From: Azolla caroliniana
Lineage: Eukaryota > Plantae > Polypodiophyta
Direction of reading: 5' to 3'
NCBI GenBank assembly: GCA_043228905.1
Contig: JBHGNT010000219.1
Location: 1 to 50,718 of the forward strand
DNA: 50,718 nt
Part shown: in pieces, positions 1 through 9,562 of the stretch
Layout: each line of letters opens with the position of its first letter
Numbering within the stretch: position 1 is the first letter of the stretch
Notes under the pieces: model-generated
The model's input: only the letters and a program-made list of their open reading frames with translations
Database searches by the model: none
Told to the model about the DNA's origin: nothing
Position numbers and translations under genes: made by a program

Positions 1-10
1 AGAAAAAGAA

Positions 11-563
11 ATGCCGAATGAAATAAAAGAGGGTTTTAGTGGTATGTGTATGCGGTAATTCAATAAAGATACCGAGTAATTTAGCAGTAAGTTGTCTTAA
101 TCAAGAATGTCAACTTTACGATAGGGTCTATCGTTTAGGTAGATTTATGGAAATTTGTAAAAACTTTAAGGCCCTTGATAAGTTTTTCAGATGAAGTCCT
201 TGACGATATGAATATTACCTTAAAACATTTGAAGGACAATCCTGAAATTTACGACCAACGCACTTGGATAGATTGTGACTTGAATGGGGAAGTTGTAATT
301 GATAGTGGAATTTGTAAAACGCCGAGATGTTTTTGCAGGGGACAAAGTAATAAGAGATATTAAAAATAAAGTCCCCCGAAACATTAAGTTTATTTGAAGA
401 TTCCGGTAAACTTAATACTGAATGTATCTCGGGGTATGTCATACAATCTTGGGGACTTACAAAACAGAGAAGCGGGTTTTTCTGTTTAAGCCTTCAAATA
501 CAATTAAAGATATAGAAGATATACTTAATAGATTTAGAGAGGGGACAAAGATATGCCGAATAA
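11..563 (+). CDS. Cys-rich paralog family member A (frameshifted in this sequence, probably by read errors)
   Basis: Removing single extra bases in short homopolymers gives MPNEIKE..VCVCG..C..ECQLY..FSDEVLDDMNITLKHL..YDQRTW..CKTPRCFAGDK..WGLT..EGTRYAE, collinear with intact paralogs at 1630 and 2197. Confidence 0.7.
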
Positions 564-1090
564 AGAAGTAGTATGTGTATGCGGTGAGTTTACTAAACTG
601 ACGGGTATTTATCCTTTGACGGTTATGTATGCTCTAACGAAAATTGTATGTTCTCTGCTAAACGTCTTTCATCGGACTCGTGACCTTGAACGTAAGGTAA
701 AAGAAGCCCAAAAGCTACGTCCCTTCTCAAAAGAGATAATTGAAGATATGCAAGTAACCTTAAAGCATTTAGTTGATTCGGGACTACACGCACAGCAAGT
801 TTTATATTCAAGGTTTTTAGTGAAATTGAAGATGTAGGGAAATTTAATTTCTGCAATACGCCGAGATGTTTTTGCAGGGGGACAAAACTGATAAGAGATA
901 TTGAAAACAAAGTCCCCAAAGCGTTTAGATGTTAAGAAAAGAGAGCCTTTTGACGCTATCAACAGTTTACGTTACCGAATCGTGGGGCCTTACTCGAAAA
1001 GAAGCGGATATGCTTTTCGATTGGAGAAATAAGGTTAAAGATATAAACAGAATACTTAATCAATTTGTAAAAGGTAAAAGATTTATTTAA
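553..1090 (+). CDS. Cys-rich paralog family member B (frameshifted)
   Basis: MPNKEVVCVCG..PFSKEIIEDMQVTLKHL; the CNTPRCF-GDK block at 850-890, a WGLT block near 983 and a KGKRFI end lie in shifted frames. Confidence 0.7.
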
Positions 1091-1102
1091 GGAGAAAAAG
1101 AA

Positions 1103-1637
1103 ATGGCTAATAAATTAAAATGCGCGTGTGGTCAATGGGTCAGACTGGATTCAAGTAGATTGTTTGAATGTGACAATGTAGATTGTCCTGCTTTACGATA
1201 TAGCTGTATATGAAAAACACTTTTTCGACTCAAAGTGAAGATAGCCAAAAAAAATAAGGCCCTTTACAAGAGAAGTTCTTGATGATATGGAAATCACAGC
1301 AAAACATCTTCTTGAAAGTCCCCGAAACTTCATAATCAATCAGTTTTGGGTTAAATCAAATCCGGCAGATGTTTCTGATATTTCTGATTTCTGCAATACG
1401 CCGAGATGTTTTGCAGGGGACAAGTTTATTAGGGACTTAAAAAACAAAGTGCCTAAAGCGTTGCGGTATTTGAGAAAGATACGAAAAAACCGGCTACTTT
1501 ACCAAATTAGCAAATACGTTCAATCTCAATGGGGACTTACACATAAAGAATCAGAAAGATTGTTTGACGGGGAAAACAGTATAGAGGATATACTGAAAGA
1601 ACTTGAATCATATAAAAGAGGTAGAAGATATGTCTAA
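1103..1637 (+). CDS. Cys-rich paralog family member C (frameshifted near 1200-1265)
   Basis: AGGAG SD then MANKLKCACG..ECDNVDCP; the C-terminal part is ORF 1287-1637 with CNTPRCFAGDK, WGLT and a GRRYV end. Confidence 0.75.
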
Positions 1638-2187
1638 TAATGAACTTAAATGTGTCTGCGGGACAGTAAGAAAACCGAAACACCCGAACGTCGCAAAAGA
1701 AGGACTTTATTGTTTTAATACAGTGTGTCCCTTTTCACATTACTTTTTCCTCGAAGAAGTTTGGGAAAAGATGACTACCCAAACAGAAGTTGGGCCTTTA
1801 CCGAAAGAAGTTATTTCCGAAATGGAAGAAACCGTTGAAAGATTACAATGTGAAGATTTATATGAACAACATTCTTGGATGCTTATTCCAAGACTTTTAT
1901 GTGATAGAACCGTAGAAAACATTTGTAGTTCTTATAGATGTTTTCTAGGGGACAAAGTAATCTACGACTACAATAATGATGTCAGAAAGGATTCGGCCCT
2001 AGAAGTAATAACTTTAACTATCTCGCCTAAAGTCGGAATAAATCTGAAGAAAGTTTACTTTGATTATTTCAAAAAGTTTTGGGGCCTTACGAAAGTAGAG
2101 TTTGAATATATTTCAGATTCAGATAGAACCCTTTATGAAATAGAAGGATTTGTCGGAATATTAAAAACAGGCGCAAGATACGTTTAA
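1630..2187 (+). CDS. Cys-rich paralog family member D (intact)
   Basis: MSNNELKCVCG..C..CP; YEQHSW..CSSYRCFLGDK..WGLT..GARYV; start overlaps the previous stop. Confidence 0.85.
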   Translation: MSNNELKCVCGTVRKPKHPNVAKEGLYCFNTVCPFSHYFFLEEVWEKMTTQTEVGPLPKEVISEMEETVERLQCEDLYEQHSWMLIPRLLCDRTVENICSSYRCFLGDKVIYDYNNDVRKDSALEVITLTISPKVGINLKKVYFDYFKKFWGLTKVEFEYISDSDRTLYEIEGFVGILKTGARYV

Positions 2188-2196
2188 GGAGAAATT

Positions 2197-2727
2197 ATGT
2201 CAATTAGAAATATAGTGCAAAGTAGTTTCGGAGAGTCCGACATCGCTTGTGTGTGTGGGACTAATCTTTCATTTCAGAAATACTTGAATGGTTCTGTTCT
2301 GTATAGTTGCGGTGGAGATGTTTGTCCCTATTTACAACAAGTAACTTTGCTTGAATGGAAAGATTTAATCAGACGTTGTAAATCACTTGAACCTTTAAGT
2401 AAAGTTGTGATTGATGAGATGAGGGACATTATCAAGTTCCTTGAAGAAAATCCCGAACTCTATAAACAGAGTGTTTGGATTCAGTTTGAAAGCGGAAATG
2501 ATTTGTGCGGGTCTTACAGATGTTTTCTCGGGGACAAATTGATAAGGGACTCTCAAAGCAGTTTGGCAGTTAATAAATTTGCCCCGCTTGACGACATACA
2601 GACCTATATTCAATCCGTTTGGGGTATGTCTTTCACAGAAGTAACTTGGATAGCTGACTCCACGAATACTTTGGAGAGTTTGAAAAATATTGTTAATGCT
2701 TTTTCTAAGGGACTTAGATTCGTATGA
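2197..2727 (+). CDS. Cys-rich paralog family member E (intact)
   Basis: AGGAG SD; CVCG..C..CP; YKQSVW..CGSYRCFLGDK..WGMS..GLRFV. Confidence 0.85.
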   Translation: MSIRNIVQSSFGESDIACVCGTNLSFQKYLNGSVLYSCGGDVCPYLQQVTLLEWKDLIRRCKSLEPLSKVVIDEMRDIIKFLEENPELYKQSVWIQFESGNDLCGSYRCFLGDKLIRDSQSSLAVNKFAPLDDIQTYIQSVWGMSFTEVTWIADSTNTLESLKNIVNAFSKGLRFV

Positions 2728-4592
2728 TTCAGTTAAATGACATTCACTACATTAAAAGGGACGCAGATGTTCTTCCCGCCGTAAGACAGATAATGAGTTT
2801 TGGTGTTCGCTCGTGGGACACCGAAACTTACGGTAAATCTCGAAGGATTGAAGACTGTGTTGACCCTAATCGGGGGGCAAAAACAAGACTATCACAGTGG
2901 GGACTTCCGAACGGTGATGTTTATGTTTTTGACCTTTACCACGTTGACCCTTATTTTCACCTGTATCTATTTTCAGATGACGCTACGATTGTGGGACAGA
3001 ACTTAAAGTTCGATATTAAGTTCGCACAGTTTTGGTGGAAGATATACGGTTACAGGTCGTTGTTCGATACGATGCTTGCGGCCCAAGTTCTTGCAGAAGG
3101 TGAAGTTGGAGAATCCGCCCGGGGTCAAAGATTCGGTATGAATTACATAGCGGCCCGTTATTTGGATATTCCTGTTGACAAGTCAGAGCAAAGTTCTGAC
3201 TGGTCTGTGAATGTTTTAAGTGACAGTCAAATAAGATATGCTTCGGTTGATACTATTGTCCCCTTGAACATTTACTATTCGATGATTCCGCTCTTGAAAA
3301 ACAAGAAACTTACGAGAACCGCAGAACTTGAATTTAGTATAATTCCGGCAGTCGCTAAGATGGAACTTAACGGGTTCAACTTCAACGGGGCCAAATGGGA
3401 ACAGCAATTCTACGAAACGGAAAAAGAGATTCTTAAAACGAAGGAATGGTTGTGGGCCAATTTAGGTATTCAAAAAACCTTGTTTGACGGGGGAAGAACG
3501 ATTAACTTAAATTCGAGAGAACAAGTAATTCACGCTTTTCAAGACAATGGTATCAAGTTACCTATTGATGATGCAGGGAAGATTGAAACCAGTGGGGACA
3601 AGTTACGGGAACTTGGCGAAAAATATCCTACGGTTGCTAAGTTTCGGGAATACCGCACAATGGCCCAAAAGCTAAAGTCGTTCGGTCTTTCTTGGTTGAA
3701 TTACGTTAATCCTTATACGGGACGGATTCACGCTAATTATAAACAGATAGGCGCAGAAACGGGACGTTTTTCTTGTAGTTATCCGAACCTTCAACAAGTT
3801 CCTAGAGAAGATGAATACCGTAATTGCTTTATGGCCCGGGAAGGTCGTATTTTAATTGGGGCCGATTATTCTCAAATGGAGTTGAGAATTTTGGCAGAGT
3901 ATTGTCGTGACCCTAACTTCTTAGCCGCTTTTGATTCGGATTTGGATTTACACACGGTAACGGCAACTTACTTGTATAATATTCTTTTCGAGGAAGTGCA
4001 AAAATGGCAACGGTCTTTAGCTAAGAACCAAAACTTTCTTATCGTTTACGGTGGCGGGGCCGGAAAACTTGCAGAAGCGGCCGGGGTCACTCTTCAAATC
4101 GCACAGCAGATTAGGGCCAAATATTTGAATGAAGTATATCCAGTAATGGCTGAATGGTTGAAAAAGCAAGCGATTCGGACAATTAGCCAAATGAAAGCTA
4201 GAACGATGACGGGCCGGAGTAGAAAGTATCAAGGCGACTTGAAAGATGACAAGACCCGTTCGGGAATTGAAAGAAACGGTAAGAACCTTCCGATTCAAGG
4301 GACTTCCGTTGACATTACAAAAAGAGCAATGGCCCTTTTGTATGAACAAATCGGACACCGTGAAGACTTACTTCAAACTCACGTTGTTCACGATGAAATC
4401 ATTGTTGACGCTGACCCTTTGTTGGAAGAAGAAGGGACATACATTCTTAAAGACTGTATGATGAAAGCAGAAGAAGAATATTTATTCAGAGTCCCGTCTA
4501 AAGTTGACATAGCAAGTTCTTTAGTATGGGCCAAAGAAATTAGCACACAACAAGCAGAAGATGTAAGAAATCTAATTCGGAGTTACAGATGA
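2724..4592 (+). CDS. polA: Family A DNA polymerase (3'-5' exonuclease plus polymerase, no 5'-3' exonuclease)
   Basis: Exo motifs DTET, QNLKFD and YASVD; TGRFSC..PNLQQVP; motif A ADYSQMELRILA; motif B RSLAKNQNFLIVYG; motif C VHDEII. Confidence 0.96.
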   Translation: MIQLNDIHYIKRDADVLPAVRQIMSFGVRSWDTETYGKSRRIEDCVDPNRGAKTRLSQWGLPNGDVYVFDLYHVDPYFHLYLFSDDATIVGQNLKFDIKFAQFWWKIYGYRSLFDTMLAAQVLAEGEVGESARGQRFGMNYIAARYLDIPVDKSEQSSDWSVNVLSDSQIRYASVDTIVPLNIYYSMIPLLKNKKLTRTAELEFSIIPAVAKMELNGFNFNGAKWEQQFYETEKEILKTKEWLWANLGIQKTLFDGGRTINLNSREQVIHAFQDNGIKLPIDDAGKIETSGDKLRELGEKYPTVAKFREYRTMAQKLKSFGLSWLNYVNPYTGRIHANYKQIGAETGRFSCSYPNLQQVPREDEYRNCFMAREGRILIGADYSQMELRILAEYCRDPNFLAAFDSDLDLHTVTATYLYNILFEEVQKWQRSLAKNQNFLIVYGGGAGKLAEAAGVTLQIAQQIRAKYLNEVYPVMAEWLKKQAIRTISQMKARTMTGRSRKYQGDLKDDKTRSGIERNGKNLPIQGTSVDITKRAMALLYEQIGHREDLLQTHVVHDEIIVDADPLLEEEGTYILKDCMMKAEEEYLFRVPSKVDIASSLVWAKEISTQQAEDVRNLIRSYR

Positions 4593-4933
4593 AATTACAA
4601 ATAATAAAACTGACAGACAACAAAGAGTATTTCATTCTACAAATGAAGAGAGTGAAAGAACGTGAAGGGGTTTTACTTCTGCTTTGTGTTGACTTGAAAA
4701 CACAAAGCAGATTCTATCAAGTGGCCCTTGACGAAGAGGATTGTATTTTAATATTCAATCCGGTTCAACACTTGCTGAATTTCGATTGGAGTGAATTTTC
4801 AGACCGGGCCTTCAAAGTCGGTAAGCCGATTGAGAGAATGGACGCAATCAGAATAAAACCGACTGCGGTAATTTTGAGATACACACAAAAAGTAAAGCGA
4901 GGAAAAATAGCCAATGAAAAAGAAATCGAATAA
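4589..4933 (+). CDS. Hypothetical protein
   Basis: 114-aa ORF coupled to polA by an ATGA overlap. Confidence 0.7.
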   Translation: MKLQIIKLTDNKEYFILQMKRVKEREGVLLLLCVDLKTQSRFYQVALDEEDCILIFNPVQHLLNFDWSEFSDRAFKVGKPIERMDAIRIKPTAVILRYTQKVKRGKIANEKEIE

Positions 4934-5300
4934 CCAACCATCCCTTGATGAATTGTTTGGCGAACCGGGCCTTCAATTGGAAGTGTTCGATATAGACCCT
5001 GCAAAAGAAGCAGTTGAAAACGAAGACAAATTACTGCCGTTGTTTCGTAAGACCCGTGAGGATATAAAGACTTACGGGCCTTTATTCAAGGAAGTTTTTG
5101 ATGCCGATATTAAAAACTTCTACGATACGAGCAATGCGCTTGTGATGTGTTTAGGTTTTGACATAATGAAGTTCGACACTTTTCTAAACAAAAAGTGTTA
5201 CGGTAAAGACGATGCCCCGAATGGGGTGTCCCTTGTAGATACGGTCGAGGCTTTTTACGGTAAATCGGCCCGGGCGTTAATCAATGTTCTAATTAAATAG
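4914..5300 (+). CDS. Hypothetical protein
   Basis: 128-aa ORF within the operon, GAGG SD. Confidence 0.75.
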   Translation: MKKKSNNQPSLDELFGEPGLQLEVFDIDPAKEAVENEDKLLPLFRKTREDIKTYGPLFKEVFDADIKNFYDTSNALVMCLGFDIMKFDTFLNKKCYGKDDAPNGVSLVDTVEAFYGKSARALINVLIK

Positions 5301-5309
5301 GAGTAAATT

Positions 5310-5564
5310 ATGAGTGAAGTAAAAGAAAGCGGCCCTGTTACGGTGACAGCAACTTATCCCGAACAGGTTTTTAGTCCCGAACCTTATGTGACATTTCGGG
5401 TCGGCGGAATTTCCTTAACACTTGCAGTTAAAGAAAATGAAACCTTTGATGAAGTGTATGACCGGGCCTACGAATGGGTAGAGAAAAAGACTCGTGAGCA
5501 ATTCACGAAAGTTCACAAAGATTGGTTGTTGAGAAATCGGGAAATCGGGGGACAAAAAAGATGA
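5310..5564 (+). CDS. Hypothetical protein
   Basis: AGGAG SD, 84 aa. Confidence 0.75.
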   Translation: MSEVKESGPVTVTATYPEQVFSPEPYVTFRVGGISLTLAVKENETFDEVYDRAYEWVEKKTREQFTKVHKDWLLRNREIGGQKR

Positions 5565-6217
5565 TTAAAGAACTTATCCAAAGTATTGATTCTAAATATG
5601 ATGCAACGAATAAATATGTTCAAATGCACATTCGCGGGTTTTGGATTCTGTGCCTTATATTACTGGAAGGGGAAGAGAGAAGGTTTTTAGCTTTGTCCCA
5701 ATCTCCTGTCCGTGACAAGGGACAAATATTTGCTGATTCAGATGAAATCGTTTGCTTTGAATCGGTCAAAGAGGTTAGAGATTGTAGTGTTTGTGATGCG
5801 GGCCTAGCAGTCATTTACAAACAAGCCAGTGATAAGCACTGGTGCGTCGAATGTAGCAGGTTTGTCCCTTACGTTGAAACTCAAGAAGAGTTCTTCAAGA
5901 CTCTGAAAAAGATTCAATCCGAATATGTAAAGCGTATGAAGGAACTCATTAAAACATCCCGGGTCGGAGTAGAAAAGTTTGGCCCTGTCGAATTGAGTTC
6001 TGAAAGATACAATGACGACCATAAAGAAATGGTTACGAAAAACCATTCGATACAAGAGTCCCTTGATTGTCTGTTGTTGTTCACGGCAGAATCAATTGAT
6101 GAATTGAATGGAATTGTCCCTGTAACGAAAGAGAACAGGGAAAGTTATAATTTAAGTTCGTATCTGAAATCTCGTTCTTATAGTTGGAAAATGAGAAAGA
6201 TGTTGAATTTAGAGTAA
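5561..6217 (+). CDS. Hypothetical protein with CxxC...CxxC zinc ribbon
   Basis: ATGA-coupled start at 5561; CSVC and CVEC motifs. Confidence 0.7.
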   Translation: MIKELIQSIDSKYDATNKYVQMHIRGFWILCLILLEGEERRFLALSQSPVRDKGQIFADSDEIVCFESVKEVRDCSVCDAGLAVIYKQASDKHWCVECSRFVPYVETQEEFFKTLKKIQSEYVKRMKELIKTSRVGVEKFGPVELSSERYNDDHKEMVTKNHSIQESLDCLLLFTAESIDELNGIVPVTKENRESYNLSSYLKSRSYSWKMRKMLNLE

Positions 6218-6245
6218 AGAAAAGGGCCGCTTGGAGAACGGCCCT
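6217..6245 (-). terminator. Intrinsic terminator on the minus strand
   Basis: Stem AGGGCCG 6223-6229 / CGGCCCT 6239-6245, followed on the minus strand by TTTCTTT. Confidence 0.6.
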
Positions 6246-6290
6246 ACTGCAACACAATCAGAACAGCATAAATCGGAGTTGATTTACTTA
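6217..6290 (-). ncRNA. Putative ~70-nt antisense RNA covering the initiator RBS and start codon
   Basis: Bounded by a minus-strand promoter (6297-6325) and terminator (6217-6245); complementary to the GGAG SD at 6275-6278. Confidence 0.5.
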
Positions 6291-7726
6291 TGTCAAACGA
6301 TAGCAGAAAATTAAACAGAAGTCAAGAAATGACAATCGCTTTCCTTCAAAGGGACGGGATTAAACCGCTTAAAGACCAGTTACCGTTTGAGTTTGAAGAA
6401 GTTAATATGAATGAAACTATTAGATATATGTTAGTGTCGGGAATCAGCGGCCCTTTCATTACAATCAATGCAGACTTGGCCCGGGAGATAGGACTGGACG
6501 AATCTCTTTTGATTGTTTTGATTGATAAACTGATTCTCAAAAATGAAACAATAACCATAGACGGTGAAACGTGGGTGAAGATTTCAGCAAAGGCCCTTTC
6601 TCAAGAGTTCGCAACTTGGTCACGTTGGAAAGTTCACAGGGTTATGAACCGTCTTAAAGATAAAAACCTGCTACACGTCAAGGAATCCCGCAAAACAGAC
6701 GGGTTTGACCGTAGTAATTACGTTCGCTTGAATTATGATTTCATCAAAGACAATCTGATAAGTGTTTCCGTTGTCCCTTACGTTACAAAAGCACCCGTAA
6801 CGAATGAAGTTTGGGACACGAAAAACGATGAAAAATCACCGATGTTGCAATCTGCAACAACGATGTTGCAATCTGCACCATCTTGTGCGCGGGCGCGTGC
6901 GGGCGCGTTAGTTAATACTCAAATAGAGAATACTAAAGTATTCTCTTTAAGAACCTCAAGAACTAAAGTTCTTTCGGAATTAAACAAAAAACAAAAAGGC
7001 AACCAAGTAGAGAATGATGGGTGTCGGCCCGAAGCACTCAAAGCAACATCAGACGGTAACAGTCAGATTGTCCCATCTGTTGAGAAAGACAACTTGAGTG
7101 TTTATAAAAGACCCGCGAGAGGGCCGGGTTCGGAATCGGAAAACACGGGACTTGATTTGACCGTGTTCGAGGATTCGGAAGAATTGGATTTGTCGTTCTT
7201 TGAGGGCCAAGAAGAAATAAAGAAAGTGGACAAAATGAATGGAAGCAATTTTGACGTTTCAACTGGTTTGCAACCTTCCTTGTTTGGCGGGAAAGGCTTG
7301 AGCAAGAAAAAGCGTTCAAACGAACCGCAAATGCCGAAAAGCGGAGTTTCCGTGTCAATTGACAGTTCTTATTTCGGTTTGATTTATAAAATATGTTACG
7401 GTGTTAATGACAAAAAGCAGTTTTCCCTGTTATCTAAAAGTCAAACAGGAAGGGCCGCGAAGGTGTTGGGGAGTTTAAGGGACTTAGGTTATGAGTTGAA
7501 TGAACTTTCCGATTTTGAAGTATGGTGGAAAAAACAATGGATGTCAAAACAGAAAAATGGGGCCTACAATTTCCCCGAGCCGGAAAAAGTCCTTTCAAAC
7601 TGGGGACGGTTCATATCGGAGAAAGAATCGAAGAAACCAAAAACAGAAGTCCCTAAATACGAAAGTGGATTTCTTGAAAGTAAAATGAAACAACTTGCAG
7701 AAATGGAGAAAAACAATAATGGGTAA
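6290..7726 (+). CDS. Phage replication initiator (N-terminal winged-helix, lambda O/DnaD-like layout)
   Basis: INADLAREIGLDE..WVKISAKALSQEFATWSRWKVHRVMNRLKDKNLL is a wHTH pattern; internal iterons; immediately upstream of DnaB. Confidence 0.8.
   Translation: MSNDSRKLNRSQEMTIAFLQRDGIKPLKDQLPFEFEEVNMNETIRYMLVSGISGPFITINADLAREIGLDESLLIVLIDKLILKNETITIDGETWVKISAKALSQEFATWSRWKVHRVMNRLKDKNLLHVKESRKTDGFDRSNYVRLNYDFIKDNLISVSVVPYVTKAPVTNEVWDTKNDEKSPMLQSATTMLQSAPSCARARAGALVNTQIENTKVFSLRTSRTKVLSELNKKQKGNQVENDGCRPEALKATSDGNSQIVPSVEKDNLSVYKRPARGPGSESENTGLDLTVFEDSEELDLSFFEGQEEIKKVDKMNGSNFDVSTGLQPSLFGGKGLSKKKRSNEPQMPKSGVSVSIDSSYFGLIYKICYGVNDKKQFSLLSKSQTGRAAKVLGSLRDLGYELNELSDFEVWWKKQWMSKQKNGAYNFPEPEKVLSNWGRFISEKESKKPKTEVPKYESGFLESKMKQLAEMEKNNNG
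6297..6325 (-). promoter_or_regulatory. Sigma-70-type antisense promoter
   Basis: Minus strand reads TTGACT-N17-TATCGT with an extended -10 TG. Confidence 0.55.
6840..6973. repeat. Putative replication origin inside the initiator gene
   Basis: Tandem 21-bp repeat CGATGTTGCAATCTGCA(A/C)CA at 6840 and 6861; GCGGGCGCGT x2; inverted repeats AGAGAATACT-AA-AGTATTCTCT (6925-6946) and AAGAACT-AA-AGTTCTT (6958-6973) in an AT-rich tract. Confidence 0.65.
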
Positions 7727-9242
7727 ACTTGGCGGGAACAAGGTGATAGTAAAAGGGCCACAGTTAATTCAGCCTACTGTTTATGAGAGGGAAACATTAC
7801 CAGTTTCCCTCGACTCGGAAAAACTCGCGGTAGCAGGGCCGTTTCTTGACAGTTCTATTTTAATCGAACTCGTAAAGCTGGGCCTTAGAGTAAAGCATTT
7901 TTACAATCCTGTGTATGCTTTGATTTTCAAAGCTATGATTAACATTTATGAATCCGAACTGATAAATCCGATAACCGTTTTAGAAGAAATAAAAAGACTC
8001 GGCAAAAAGAACTACATCGGAATAAGGGACATATCGGCAATCTTTGTTGATGTTCCTTATATTCCGGCCCACGAACTTCAAGGTATCGTTAAGATTCTCA
8101 AATTGAAATACAGTGCGAGAAAGTTAATGAGAATATGTAATAAGTTCTCTTCAATGCTAGGGTCTGAAACCGAAGATATTGAAGAAACTGTGGGACTTCT
8201 CGAAAAGGAAGTTTTGGAAGTAACAGGCGAAGTCGTCACGGGCCAAGAAACAGAAGAGCAGGGTTTTGTTTCGGTAAAAGATATGCAAGAAGAGTTTATG
8301 GAAAGACTCGAAAAGTATAAGAATAAAGTTATGGATTGCACACCGACTGGCATTGTCCCTTTAGACGCAATACTTGACGGTGGCGGTTTTCAGAACGGCG
8401 GTTTGTATTTGCTAGCGGCCCCGCCAAAAGTAGGTAAGACGGCCTTTCTGTTAAGGTTGGCAAGAAACATATCGGCCCGGAAAATAAACGCACAGAAAGT
8501 TCTTGTGGTAAGTGAAGAAATGAGTAGAATCAATCTATTTCAAAGAACCTTCGCGGCCCAACAAGGTATTAAATACCAATCAATTCGTTCGGGCCTTTCA
8601 AAAGAAGTTTATGATAACGCTGTTCGTGAATTGAAAGCGTTCTCACAGCTTAATTTGAAGTTCGCGGATAATCTGTATTCAATCGGACAAATCAGAAGAC
8701 ACGCTTTTCTTGAAGATAAGAAATCAGAAAACAAAGAAGAACCTAGAACGGGCCTTCTAATCGTTGATTATCTGCAACTGGTAAAACTGGACGATAGCGC
8801 ATCCACACAATCCCGGGTCAACGAAGTTTCTGAAATCAGCAGGGGACTTAAACGACTGGCAACCGAATTAAAGATTCCGATTGTTGCGGTTTCCACTATC
8901 AATCGTAAAAGCATTGAAGAGGGCCGAGAACCGCGACCTTCCGACCTTCGTGAGTCCGGGGCCTTAGAGTATGATGCAGAAGCGGTTATGTTCTTACACA
9001 AAGAACAAATGTTCGATGATGATGAAAAAAAAGAGATACAGGACATTGATTTGATAATCGCAACGCAACGCAACGGGCCAACAGGAAAGATACCTTTGAA
9101 GTTCATCGGTGAGTTTATGAACTTCTTAACAATAGACGAAGCGGTTAGACTGAATTTAATCGAAGACATACGGGACAAAACAACAACAAGAGGGCCAAAC
9201 ATTGAAGAATATGGAGAACTTGAAGACCTATGGAATACATAA
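7719..9242 (+). CDS. dnaB: DnaB-like replicative helicase
   Basis: N-terminal DnaB domain (E..HFY..IFKAM); Walker A APPKVGKT; SEEM; IVDYLQL; DLRESGALEYDA; QRNGPTG. Confidence 0.95.
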   Translation: MGKLGGNKVIVKGPQLIQPTVYERETLPVSLDSEKLAVAGPFLDSSILIELVKLGLRVKHFYNPVYALIFKAMINIYESELINPITVLEEIKRLGKKNYIGIRDISAIFVDVPYIPAHELQGIVKILKLKYSARKLMRICNKFSSMLGSETEDIEETVGLLEKEVLEVTGEVVTGQETEEQGFVSVKDMQEEFMERLEKYKNKVMDCTPTGIVPLDAILDGGGFQNGGLYLLAAPPKVGKTAFLLRLARNISARKINAQKVLVVSEEMSRINLFQRTFAAQQGIKYQSIRSGLSKEVYDNAVRELKAFSQLNLKFADNLYSIGQIRRHAFLEDKKSENKEEPRTGLLIVDYLQLVKLDDSASTQSRVNEVSEISRGLKRLATELKIPIVAVSTINRKSIEEGREPRPSDLRESGALEYDAEAVMFLHKEQMFDDDEKKEIQDIDLIIATQRNGPTGKIPLKFIGEFMNFLTIDEAVRLNLIEDIRDKTTTRGPNIEEYGELEDLWNT

Positions 9243-9562
9243 ACGAAGCAAAACGATTACTTGACGAAGCAGTTGCTTTGCATTTGAAACTAATAAAAGC
9301 ACATTCGTCAGATAAAGCAAGGGCCAAGTTATTCCTTCTTAGCGGGAATAGGTGCAACCGAAGAAACAATAAATTTGAAGCAACGCCCGAAGCAAATAAT
9401 TGGGACATCGAAAAAGTCAAAGAACGACTGGATAAACTAAACGAGAGATTGTCCCTCGGACACGAAGATATAAGACGGCCGTATGACAGAACTTGGTTGA
9501 AGGGACAACTGGAAGAACTTTTATACTGGCTACAAGTGAGTAAAATAACAAATGAAAAATAA
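9230..9562 (+). CDS. Hypothetical protein
   Basis: 110-aa ORF overlapping the dnaB end. Confidence 0.6.
   Translation: MEYINEAKRLLDEAVALHLKLIKAHSSDKARAKLFLLSGNRCNRRNNKFEATPEANNWDIEKVKERLDKLNERLSLGHEDIRRPYDRTWLKGQLEELLYWLQVSKITNEK

Noticed and set aside
11-1290. Pseudogenes, phase variation or stop-codon recoding in paralogs A-C
   Set aside because: The breaks are mostly single extra bases in short homopolymers (e.g. TGTTTTTGCAGGGGG versus in-frame TGTTTTGCAGGGG) confined to the first ~1.3 kb. This is typical of low-coverage long-read error. Genes elsewhere read normally in the standard code.
300-1430. Diversity-generating retroelement template/variable repeats
   Set aside because: No reverse transcriptase is present; the repeats are conserved blocks of paralogous genes without adenine-specific differences.
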